Made by a program: the position numbers and the translations under genes. Shown here piece by piece: positions 25,972 through 34,115 of a stretch of 64,000 nt of DNA. The DNA is from a virus. The notes beneath the pieces were generated by a model, which ran no database searches, was not told the origin of the DNA, and saw only the letters and a program-made list of their open reading frames with translations. The DNA lies in IMG/VR virus record IMGVR_UViG_3300029319_000003, positions 64,001 through 128,000 of that record, one strand, 5' to 3'. The first letter of the stretch is position 1. The number at the start of each line of letters is the position of its first letter.

Positions 25972-28900
25972 CTAATGGTTTACATGAGCGTGCCGATCCT
26001 TCTTTTCAATAGAAATTTGGTGATCCACGCAGTCCTTTAGCGAATCCAAGTGGGAAATCAAGAGCACCGTTTTGAAATATGTCTTGACAATATCCAGCAA
26101 GCGAACAAAGCCTTCCATGTTTTCTTCATCAAGCGCAGTACCCGGCTCATCCAAAATGAAAATATCTCCCTTGGGCATAGACGACACGTTTAACAGTGCC
26201 AAGCGGATTGCCATTGCGGCAATAGTCTTCTCGGCTCCAGAACCCATTTCTAGCGGTCGAGGAGCGAAGTGTGGATGCTTAATCAAGATGTTCAAGCGCT
26301 TGTCGTCGTTTTCCATAATAACTGAAAAGTCAACAATATTCGCGAGCACCTTTGCAATCTCTTCATTAACAAGTGGCAGTCGCTTCTTGATAATGTCCAA
26401 CGAAATGCCATTGCTATGCATGCACTTCATAAAGAGATCTTGCGCTGCATACTGGTTCCTCAACTCCTCCATCTCCTGACGCTTTGCTTCCAGAGATTTG
26501 ATCTGCTGCTCATAGCCGCCATGCAATTTATAAAGTTCCATGACCTTTTCTTCACATGTGTCGAGGTCACATTCCAACTCTACCAAGTCATCTTCAACAT
26601 CAGATCTCTGAGACATTAGTCTGCCGAGATTTTCGATGGACTCCCTATTCTCTTCGTACTTCTTAATACGGCTCTGATGGAATGCAATCTCACTCTCAGT
26701 TCGAACAATAGCGGTCTTTGACTTCTCAACAACAAGTTGCTTTTTTGCAATCTCTGATGTGAGAGTCGAAAGGCGATCAACCACTTGAGCATATTTTTCA
26801 AATTGCCAATCTACCTGCTGCGGATCCAACTTCTCAATCTCAGTAGAGGTATCGCCTTGCTGCTGACTGTATTCAGCGAGCAAGCCCTCGACGGCAGTCA
26901 ACTTCTTTTTTGCCGAGTATGCATCACGAATGAACTTGCAATGCGAAAACTCTTCGCCACAAGGAACCTCGTTCAACAAGCGAACCTTGCGAGTGTATAC
27001 CTCTTGATTGCGTTCCTCCAGCGCTATGTCTGCCAGAATCTTGTTCAACTCATCCTTCTTTGACTTGATGATCTCACGTCGTTCTTCCAGTGCCTCCAGA
27101 TCAAATGTTTCCAAGAAGCGATCTATCTTCTTTTGCTTTTCTCGATGTTCAACAATCTCTTGAATAGTCGTGCGAACCTTTTCTTCTAATCTGGTGTGCT
27201 GGCTCTTGGCGGCTTGCAGATTTTCGACCTCCTGATCATAATTGATAATGTCCACAGGCACCGACTCAATTTTCTCGGTAAGACCTGCAATCTTCTTTTT
27301 CAGAGCAAGAATTTGAACACGCTGGGAGTCACACTTATCTCTAAAGTCTTCTGTTTCAACTTCATTCTTTGTTAGCAGTGTTTGTGTTTCCTGCAACTGT
27401 CCGTCAAAATCAATGTCTTCCAACTTTTTAAGATGTGTCTTTGTTTCCGCGTTCAAATCTTTGGCTAGTTTAAACTTTTTATCAAAGATCTCCAAGTCCA
27501 AGAACTTCGCCAGAATTTCTTTTCGCTTCGTTGAACCCTCGGCAATGAACGCGAGCGAATCCAACTGGCTTGCCATTGAGGTAAGAAGAAAGTCGTCAAG
27601 CGTACCAAAGATTTTTCGAATAGCCTTATCGGTATCGTTTCGGCTCATACCGTTTAACGGCTCTTCTGTCGTCTGGTCGCTGACAGAAAAATTAACCGTG
27701 GTCTTCGCTTCTTCAGACTCGACACCTTTCAACTTCTTAATATATTTTTCGGCGCTGCGTTCAATTGTATATGTGTTTTCTCCAATATCAATTTCAACCT
27801 TGCCTCGACCTGACTGCTCGTTTTGATTAATAATATTGACGTTCTTGCGGTCGCGCTTCGAAGTAGAGTTGTAGATCGTCCACAGCAGACTATCAATAAT
27901 TGACGATTTGCCAGAGAAGTTCTTACCGAAGATACCAACAATCCCTGAAGTCTCTTCGAAATTAATAGTGTTGTTTTCCCCGTAATTAAACAAGTTATCA
28001 AACTCTAGCGAGCGCAAACGCCAGTTAATATTGCGCTGAACCTCTTCGTCTTCCTCTGCTATTTTATTATATGCGCGGTTGAGTTCAACTACCTGATCCA
28101 ACAAATCTGGTTCAACCTGATAGTCGCTCAAGTACTCACGAATCAACTCCTCTTGCACAACAGGGTCGCGTAGATTTTTATTAGCAAAGTCACCAGAAAC
28201 ATCAATCGACCCGCGATCACCCGCAGTGCGATTTAAAAATGTAATAGCCTCTGGCTTGAACCTCTTCTGGGCTACATCCACCGCCTTCCTAACTGCGTTC
28301 AATGGGGTGCTATGGTTTGCAACCAAGCGAATTCTTGCACCGGGCTCGACGTGTGTCTTTTTTGGAATGCGACCCTTTGCAGTCAATTCAATTGTGACAA
28401 ACGGACGGGGGTTCTTAAGGATATGGTGCTCGCAAGTAAAGTTATCTTTATCTTCAATATCCCAAATCAAAAAACCCTTATCATTAGACTCGCCGTGGTT
28501 CTGCTGTACCGTCGAGCCGCAATACCGAACTCGCCCCTCTTCATCCAAGATCTGGTTGGTCTTATGAATATCGCCCAGCATGACATAATCGTGACCCTCA
28601 AAGATTGATATGTCATGATCGCCGTGCTGCATGATAAAGCCAGTGTCAGTGGTCACGCCCGCCACGGAACCGTGGTATAGGGCGATGTTAACCCTTGAGT
28701 GGTCGCTCGGCTCAACCCAACCTTCTTCATCGAACACGCTTAATACATTGAGCGTGAAATCATCGTTCAGTTGCGTTTCACCGGAACTCTTGAGCAGATG
28801 TAGGTTGTTAAGCCCCAAGGCGTCCACAATGGGTGTCAAGGCGTCCTGACGGCTACTGTTCTTTAGGTTACCGTCGTGGTTGCCCAAGATGATATATGTC

Positions 28901-29121
28901 GGAGCGATTGCCGCCAAGCCTCTAAAGAAGTTCGAACACATTTCCACAAACTCAGGAGAGATTTGTGTTTTCGTGTGAGCAATGTCGCCACAGTGAATAA
29001 TGTAATCGACATTTTCTTCTTTTAGAATATCATACAGCCTGTCAAACACCTCTCGGTATTCATAATGATATTTTAAATTTTTAATATGCGTATCCGCAAT
29101 GTGTGCAAACTTAGTACTCAT
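25972..29121 (-). CDS. Fused Mre11/SbcD (gp47)-Rad50/SbcC (gp46) recombination nuclease-ATPase
   Basis: Phosphoesterase motifs HIADTH, GDIAH, GNHD, YHG and LGDIH; then Walker A GKNFSGKSS, a coiled coil, signature GSGAEK, Walker B ILDEP and H-loop ISH, all in one 1049 aa ORF. Confidence 0.93.
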   Translation of the reverse strand: MSTKFAHIADTHIKNLKYHYEYREVFDRLYDILKEENVDYIIHCGDIAHTKTQISPEFVEMCSNFFRGLAAIAPTYIILGNHDGNLKNSSRQDALTPIVDALGLNNLHLLKSSGETQLNDDFTLNVLSVFDEEGWVEPSDHSRVNIALYHGSVAGVTTDTGFIMQHGDHDISIFEGHDYVMLGDIHKTNQILDEEGRVRYCGSTVQQNHGESNDKGFLIWDIEDKDNFTCEHHILKNPRPFVTIELTAKGRIPKKTHVEPGARIRLVANHSTPLNAVRKAVDVAQKRFKPEAITFLNRTAGDRGSIDVSGDFANKNLRDPVVQEELIREYLSDYQVEPDLLDQVVELNRAYNKIAEEDEEVQRNINWRLRSLEFDNLFNYGENNTINFEETSGIVGIFGKNFSGKSSIIDSLLWTIYNSTSKRDRKNVNIINQNEQSGRGKVEIDIGENTYTIERSAEKYIKKLKGVESEEAKTTVNFSVSDQTTEEPLNGMSRNDTDKAIRKIFGTLDDFLLTSMASQLDSLAFIAEGSTKRKEILAKFLDLEIFDKKFKLAKDLNAETKTHLKKLEDIDFDGQLQETQTLLTKNEVETEDFRDKCDSQRVQILALKKKIAGLTEKIESVPVDIINYDQEVENLQAAKSQHTRLEEKVRTTIQEIVEHREKQKKIDRFLETFDLEALEERREIIKSKKDELNKILADIALEERNQEVYTRKVRLLNEVPCGEEFSHCKFIRDAYSAKKKLTAVEGLLAEYSQQQGDTSTEIEKLDPQQVDWQFEKYAQVVDRLSTLTSEIAKKQLVVEKSKTAIVRTESEIAFHQSRIKKYEENRESIENLGRLMSQRSDVEDDLVELECDLDTCEEKVMELYKLHGGYEQQIKSLEAKRQEMEELRNQYAAQDLFMKCMHSNGISLDIIKKRLPLVNEEIAKVLANIVDFSVIMENDDKRLNILIKHPHFAPRPLEMGSGAEKTIAAMAIRLALLNVSSMPKGDIFILDEPGTALDEENMEGFVRLLDIVKTYFKTVLLISHLDSLKDCVDHQISIEKKDRHAHVNH

Positions 29122-29130
29122 TATTTCTCC

Positions 29131-30075
29131 TTAAATCGAAGCAATTGCTTGCGTGAGCATGTTCTCAAACGTCATCGGCACTGCTCTCGTCATTCTTTCT
29201 TTATACTGTTGCCGGGTCATTTCACCAACATCTGAATATGGTGAGATATTGACTTTGTACAACTCCACATCGTACTGAGCCAAAGATTTTATTAAACTCA
29301 TCGCTCTCTTTTCCGCATCCGCATCAAGTGCAATATAAACCGGCGTATCATATTCCACAATCTTGCGAATAAGTTTGGAATCCTCACGCAAAGAAGATCC
29401 CAACAGTGGCACTGCGTTTCCTGCTGTGATTGCATCAAACACACCTTCCACAATAGACAAGTCGCTCTCCCAGTCTACATATAATTCATTAAAAACCACG
29501 TCACGCCCCGCTGGGGGGTTAAGATATTTTCTCCAGTTACCATTATAACTCCTTGCTGTGAAATAGTTAACCTTTCCTTCCATGTTAAAAGAAGGCACAA
29601 TTATTCGATCCTCATACTGACCTGTAGGACAATATCCAATCTTCCATCTAAGAATGTCGTCCGTGCCGACGCCGCGATCAAACAAATATTTCTTTGCAGG
29701 TAGTGCTCCAAGTGAGGACTTGCGAGATGTTAGAGATACAAACTCGTCTGGCAACGACATAAACTCTTCAGGCTCTTCACGGGTCAAGCCCAGCAGCCCT
29801 TCAGCCATCCTCGATTCGAATGAGGATATATCAACGCGCCCAACCAACTTGTTCCATTCTTGCTGCTGCGAAAAGGTACCGTGTCTTCGCACCAAGCGAC
29901 GAACAGACGTACCTCGGTAATCACAAACCCAGCACTTGAACTTGTCTTTGGATATATTGACTGATAACTTCTTTTTGTGGTGCTTACACTCTGGGCAGTA
30001 GAATAGCCACTCTGTGCCGGAGTTGTATGTGTCACCAAGAAACTCTTTTAGGATGTTGAGTTTCTTTCCTTCCAT
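29131..30075 (-). CDS. DNA primase (Zn-finger plus TOPRIM)
   Basis: CPEC..H.K.LSVN...FKCWVC, IIVPSF...YFTARS, TOPRIM IVEGVFDA and ALDADA. Confidence 0.88.
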   Translation of the reverse strand: MEGKKLNILKEFLGDTYNSGTEWLFYCPECKHHKKKLSVNISKDKFKCWVCDYRGTSVRRLVRRHGTFSQQQEWNKLVGRVDISSFESRMAEGLLGLTREEPEEFMSLPDEFVSLTSRKSSLGALPAKKYLFDRGVGTDDILRWKIGYCPTGQYEDRIIVPSFNMEGKVNYFTARSYNGNWRKYLNPPAGRDVVFNELYVDWESDLSIVEGVFDAITAGNAVPLLGSSLREDSKLIRKIVEYDTPVYIALDADAEKRAMSLIKSLAQYDVELYKVNISPYSDVGEMTRQQYKERMTRAVPMTFENMLTQAIASI

Positions 30076-30578
30076 AAACTATAACCCGCTCTTGCAATTA
30101 CGATGCTGTCTGCCCGGTCATATGCGCCGGGTTTTGGATTTCCATATTTTGTATATTGTATCTCAAAACAACTCTCGTTGTCAAGTAAAAAATTCAAAAC
30201 TATTTCTTTTGCCTTCTGCCCGCGTGGTACTGTGATGCCACACATCTTTCTTGCAGCGGTCGCAGAAACGTGTTCTGGTTTTATACTCCATATACTATAA
30301 CACATCCACGAAACAATGCCATTCATTTTTGATAAAGTTGACAAAGTTTTTGCAGATGAGAATCCGCTTCGAAATGACTGGAGCGATTGCTCAACAAAAA
30401 TCTGTTCGATGGTAAACTTGTTTGCTACAGCCTTGAGGTTGTTTTCAACCACTTCGGCTTTTAAATAAATATCTTTATACTTCCGAGTGTCCCACGCTTC
30501 GCAAAGCAGTACGTTGCCTTGATCGTCTAATACGGTTGCGCCGGTAATGGAAGTCGATACATCCAATCCAAGTATCAT
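30048..30578 (-). CDS. ruvC: RuvC-like Holliday junction resolvase
   Basis: MILGLDVSTSITG, IFVEQ and YDRADSIVIA form the RNase H-fold acidic catalytic set. Confidence 0.85.
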   Translation of the reverse strand: MILGLDVSTSITGATVLDDQGNVLLCEAWDTRKYKDIYLKAEVVENNLKAVANKFTIEQIFVEQSLQSFRSGFSSAKTLSTLSKMNGIVSWMCYSIWSIKPEHVSATAARKMCGITVPRGQKAKEIVLNFLLDNESCFEIQYTKYGNPKPGAYDRADSIVIARAGYSLWKERNSTS

Positions 30579-30587
30579 TTAACCTTC

Positions 30588-31928
30588 CTAAAAGTCTAAC
30601 TTCAGTTTAAAAGTATACTCTCTTTCTTCGGTTTTTTTAAGGGGAGTTGCCAACTTTGCGATCCCAATCAGATTTCGATCCTTATCGTAAATACCGACTT
30701 TCGAAATCCAAGTCTGCTTTCTGAAACTACCGGACGTATCGGTGTATCGAGTTTTGACCGTGTTGGTGATCTCCAGATTATCTCTTTCGTAATAGTGGTT
30801 GGCACCAGACGATGCAGCCTCACTTTTGTCCTGACCATACTTCATGAACGTCGGGTTGTTAGAATGGTTCAATTCATTTTTTGGGGCGTGGGCAAGCATA
30901 GTAACAACTGGTACATAATTTGTACCGCTGAAATCTAATGTAAAACTCGATGATGGCACCATCGTGTCCACGTCGTGCGACGAACCGGTGGTTCCCCAGT
31001 AGACCCATGCCGGCTTGACTTCCGCTTTTGGATCTGGCCAAGCAGCACAGGAACTATAATAATCTACATGACTGGCATGTAAATCCCAACTGCCGGTCAA
31101 GCAAATAACACCCTCGTTGTACAGCACCACGCCGGCAACCTTACCATTGTTAGCCTCGACACTTCCAAACACCTGAACCAACTCGCCGTTCTGCTTGGTG
31201 TCTTGTAGTTGTCCAATCAGAGTGCCGCTGACATAAAATTTTAAATCAACCGTGCCCTTCTTAATAGAAGACCCGTAGAAAATAGATGGAACATTCACCA
31301 AAGCCATTTGCTGTTCTTCTTTGTTCCAACTCATGCCTATGCCGGAACTGTCCATTGTGTAGCCAAAGTGTGGGCTAAGTTTCTTGTAATAATTAAAAAC
31401 ATTCTTGAGCGCTCGCACTCGACGCCGAGGGAATGCTGAAGCCGTCCCACCGCATTCGGGCGTATCAGTGCCACCAAGAGAAGAAACCGCAGCGATCTGA
31501 TCAATGCCCACGCTAGCCGACAAAGGATAACTGCTCGTCATTGTTGAGCCGTATGCAAAACTTTGGAATGTCGAAGTCGAGACAGTGCTGAAAGACATGA
31601 GTGTTCCTTCCTTTGTGATGAAAGGAAAGATCATACTTTTGACGCCGCCGCCTTCTTCGATGCCGTCACCGTCTGCGTCTACTTTTGAATTCCAAGTGTG
31701 CGACGACTCGTCACGATCCACGTTGAGTTCATATAGGTTCACATGACCAGTTGGCACATGCGTGACGTTGGAGCCCGTTGTTGAGCCGTCCTTCCACACT
31801 AAGGCACCGGCTTGGGCTCTCTTGTTGTTATGATAAATGCTGCCACTATAAATGACAAACCGCTGCTGCGGATATGTCTTTATCTGATTTTGAAATAAAT
31901 CGTTATTGGTGAACTTATACAAGGGCAT
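30588..31928 (-). CDS. Baseplate-region protein with the C-terminal half of a tail-collar-like domain
   Basis: C-terminus TWISKVGIYDKDRNLIGIAKLATPLKK; paralogous to the adjacent 387 aa protein (SSIKKGT / DEIKKGT; G.VLYNEG / GLIYYQAG). Confidence 0.65.
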   Translation of the reverse strand: MPLYKFTNNDLFQNQIKTYPQQRFVIYSGSIYHNNKRAQAGALVWKDGSTTGSNVTHVPTGHVNLYELNVDRDESSHTWNSKVDADGDGIEEGGGVKSMIFPFITKEGTLMSFSTVSTSTFQSFAYGSTMTSSYPLSASVGIDQIAAVSSLGGTDTPECGGTASAFPRRRVRALKNVFNYYKKLSPHFGYTMDSSGIGMSWNKEEQQMALVNVPSIFYGSSIKKGTVDLKFYVSGTLIGQLQDTKQNGELVQVFGSVEANNGKVAGVVLYNEGVICLTGSWDLHASHVDYYSSCAAWPDPKAEVKPAWVYWGTTGSSHDVDTMVPSSSFTLDFSGTNYVPVVTMLAHAPKNELNHSNNPTFMKYGQDKSEAASSGANHYYERDNLEITNTVKTRYTDTSGSFRKQTWISKVGIYDKDRNLIGIAKLATPLKKTEEREYTFKLKLDF

Positions 31929-31948
31929 GACACATCGCCTCCCCTCTT

Positions 31949-33112
31949 TTAATAGTCCAACCTGACGCGCAAAATCATTTCATTTGTGGGGTCTTTACGA
32001 AGCGGCTCACTTACCTTAGCGACTGCAAGCAACTCATTGTCAGAAGAGTAAAGACCGACTGTTGTAATGTATGACACCGGTGCGTCCACTGTACTTCGCT
32101 TCACGCGGATCTTGCTACCAGATAGGTATGTTGGGTTTGCACTATAGTTGAAGTCGTTATGGTTCACTCGACAGAAATACACTGTGGAGTTTAGTTCCGT
32201 TGTGTTGTTAAATGAAACCTCTTGGATTCTGGCGCGGAATTCGTTGCATGCCCCGCTAATGGACACATTACCAAACAACTCATGAATGTCTCCACAGGAC
32301 GCGCCACTGTCAAAATCACCGTCGCCCATCGTAGGAGCCGTCGCGGTCAATTTTCCATATCTGTTCGAATTATCAGCAGTGCTGGCAGGGTCATGCTTTA
32401 CAAACGCAGAGCCGGAAATAACAACAATACCAGCCTGATAATAAATCAAGCCGACTGAAGATGTGACAGTTCCGGCAGACGAAAATGCCCCGCCGGAAGC
32501 GCACTTGAGAATTCCATATTCTCCAGCGGGCGAGTTGACACGATAATCGTTTTCTGCACCATCATCGTTAATGGTAAGAATGCTGTTCATGCGCCCACTG
32601 CCGTCGTTATGATTCGCAGTACCAAGTTTGATTGAGAATGTGCCTTTCTTAATTTCGTCCTTGCCGAGTAGGCGAGCAAAACTAATAAAGAAGCACTGAT
32701 TTAATTTTGTGCCGCCGGCAATAAGGTCGCCATCTTCATCGAATGGCATGATTGACCCAGTAGAATCGTGCCCCATAAGCACTTGCGCCATTTGATTATA
32801 AATATTCTTTTTCTTGTTCTTAAATGTTGTATCTGTACCAGTTGTCCAAACGTCTGAAGAGGTGGATGAAGATGGAAAGCCAACGGTAAGATCAAAAATG
32901 TGGTTAGCAGATGAACTCAAATAAGGATAGTCATAAACTGACTGAAACATTCCATGAGGATAGTCCTTGATGTTTGTTTCGTTACCGGGGTGTGTCGCAC
33001 CAGAAATATACGTTCCTGAAATAATTGTGCCCGTAATCGGAATTGCTTCGTGGAGAAGCGAACGTGTTGAAACAACATCGTCATTCAAAAATGTTTTAAA
33101 TGTAGTAGCCAT
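31949..33112 (-). CDS. Baseplate-region protein with the C-terminal half of a tail-collar-like domain
   Basis: C-terminus YITTVGLYSSDNELLAVAKVSEPLRK. Confidence 0.65.
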   Translation of the reverse strand: MATTFKTFLNDDVVSTRSLLHEAIPITGTIISGTYISGATHPGNETNIKDYPHGMFQSVYDYPYLSSSANHIFDLTVGFPSSSTSSDVWTTGTDTTFKNKKKNIYNQMAQVLMGHDSTGSIMPFDEDGDLIAGGTKLNQCFFISFARLLGKDEIKKGTFSIKLGTANHNDGSGRMNSILTINDDGAENDYRVNSPAGEYGILKCASGGAFSSAGTVTSSVGLIYYQAGIVVISGSAFVKHDPASTADNSNRYGKLTATAPTMGDGDFDSGASCGDIHELFGNVSISGACNEFRARIQEVSFNNTTELNSTVYFCRVNHNDFNYSANPTYLSGSKIRVKRSTVDAPVSYITTVGLYSSDNELLAVAKVSEPLRKDPTNEMILRVRLDY

Positions 33113-33128
33113 GCTTTAAATACCTTCT

Positions 33129-34058
33129 TTATGTAATCTTCTTAATAAATCTGACCGGTACGTCGATGGTATAGCCAGTTGTTGCGCCCATGATCCGAAT
33201 GTTTGTGTCGATGTGTCTTTCTGTGTTTCCACCGCTCCCCCAAGCAACAGCAGAACTTCCAAGTTGTTCAAACAAGTAAGTGCTGGTGTTTAACTCTAAA
33301 GAGGCGCGAATCTTGAACTGCAAAAATGTACCGCGTGGTCCAGAAATGACCTGTGTCGATACATCTTGAGTTTCTGTATTCTCCATGACGTATTCCGTGT
33401 CGGTTCCCAAGGAGAAATAATAACTTGCCACATTATCATCATCAATATATGATACATTTGCGGGAGAGTTGCTGGATACGCTTACAAGGTTGCCAAATCG
33501 GTTGTCGATCTCGACAATGTACTGTGTCTCAACCAAATCAGGATCAATGGTAAATGTGGCGGGAATCTCTGTTGTATCCAGACCCTGATCAACTCGGATG
33601 TATCCACCACCGCCGGTGTTCTCACCGTTTAAGAGTCCAAGATTGTTAGTGCCCGCACCCGCGTAAATCTGTGCAGCAAGGTCTTCTGTTTCCTTGTCCA
33701 CTGAGATAAGATGCACGCCAAAAGTGGGGTGTGGTTGCACTGCGGTGCTGAATACTTTGTTCATTTCAATAACGGGTAGATAAAGAAGATTCGTGCGAGC
33801 AATTGATACCAACTTGTGCTTCATCGTTGAAGTGTTATTAGTAAATGCTTCCAATACAGGAGTCTGCATAATCTCCAAATCGTAATAGGCGCTACCGCTG
33901 GGGTGCTCCTTGTTGTAGAGGCTGTAATCGACCTCATCGTCACTCAGGGCAAACTTGGCAATTTTGAATGAGCCATCGCCCTTCGCCAGTCGCATACGCC
34001 CCGTGTCAGTTAATACAGCGTCAAGAATAATGTCGCCAGAGTTGTCTAAGAATCCCAT
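33129..34058 (-). CDS. Baseplate-region protein with the N-terminal half of a tail-collar-like domain
   Basis: N-terminus IILDAVLTDTGRMRLAKGDGSFKIAKFALSDDEVDY. Confidence 0.65.
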   Translation of the reverse strand: MGFLDNSGDIILDAVLTDTGRMRLAKGDGSFKIAKFALSDDEVDYSLYNKEHPSGSAYYDLEIMQTPVLEAFTNNTSTMKHKLVSIARTNLLYLPVIEMNKVFSTAVQPHPTFGVHLISVDKETEDLAAQIYAGAGTNNLGLLNGENTGGGGYIRVDQGLDTTEIPATFTIDPDLVETQYIVEIDNRFGNLVSVSSNSPANVSYIDDDNVASYYFSLGTDTEYVMENTETQDVSTQVISGPRGTFLQFKIRASLELNTSTYLFEQLGSSAVAWGSGGNTERHIDTNIRIMGATTGYTIDVPVRFIKKIT

Positions 34059-34078
34059 TTAGTTGCCCTCTCTCCCAA

Positions 34079-34103
34079 TAATTAGTCGTTTAAGATAAAT
34101 AGT
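34079..34103 (-). promoter_or_regulatory. Tandem putative late promoter motifs ACTATTTA (34096-34103) and ACTAATTA (34079-34086)
   Basis: Two motif copies in the 57-nt gap before ATG 34058. Confidence 0.6.
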
Positions 34104-34115
34104 CATATTTTTCTA

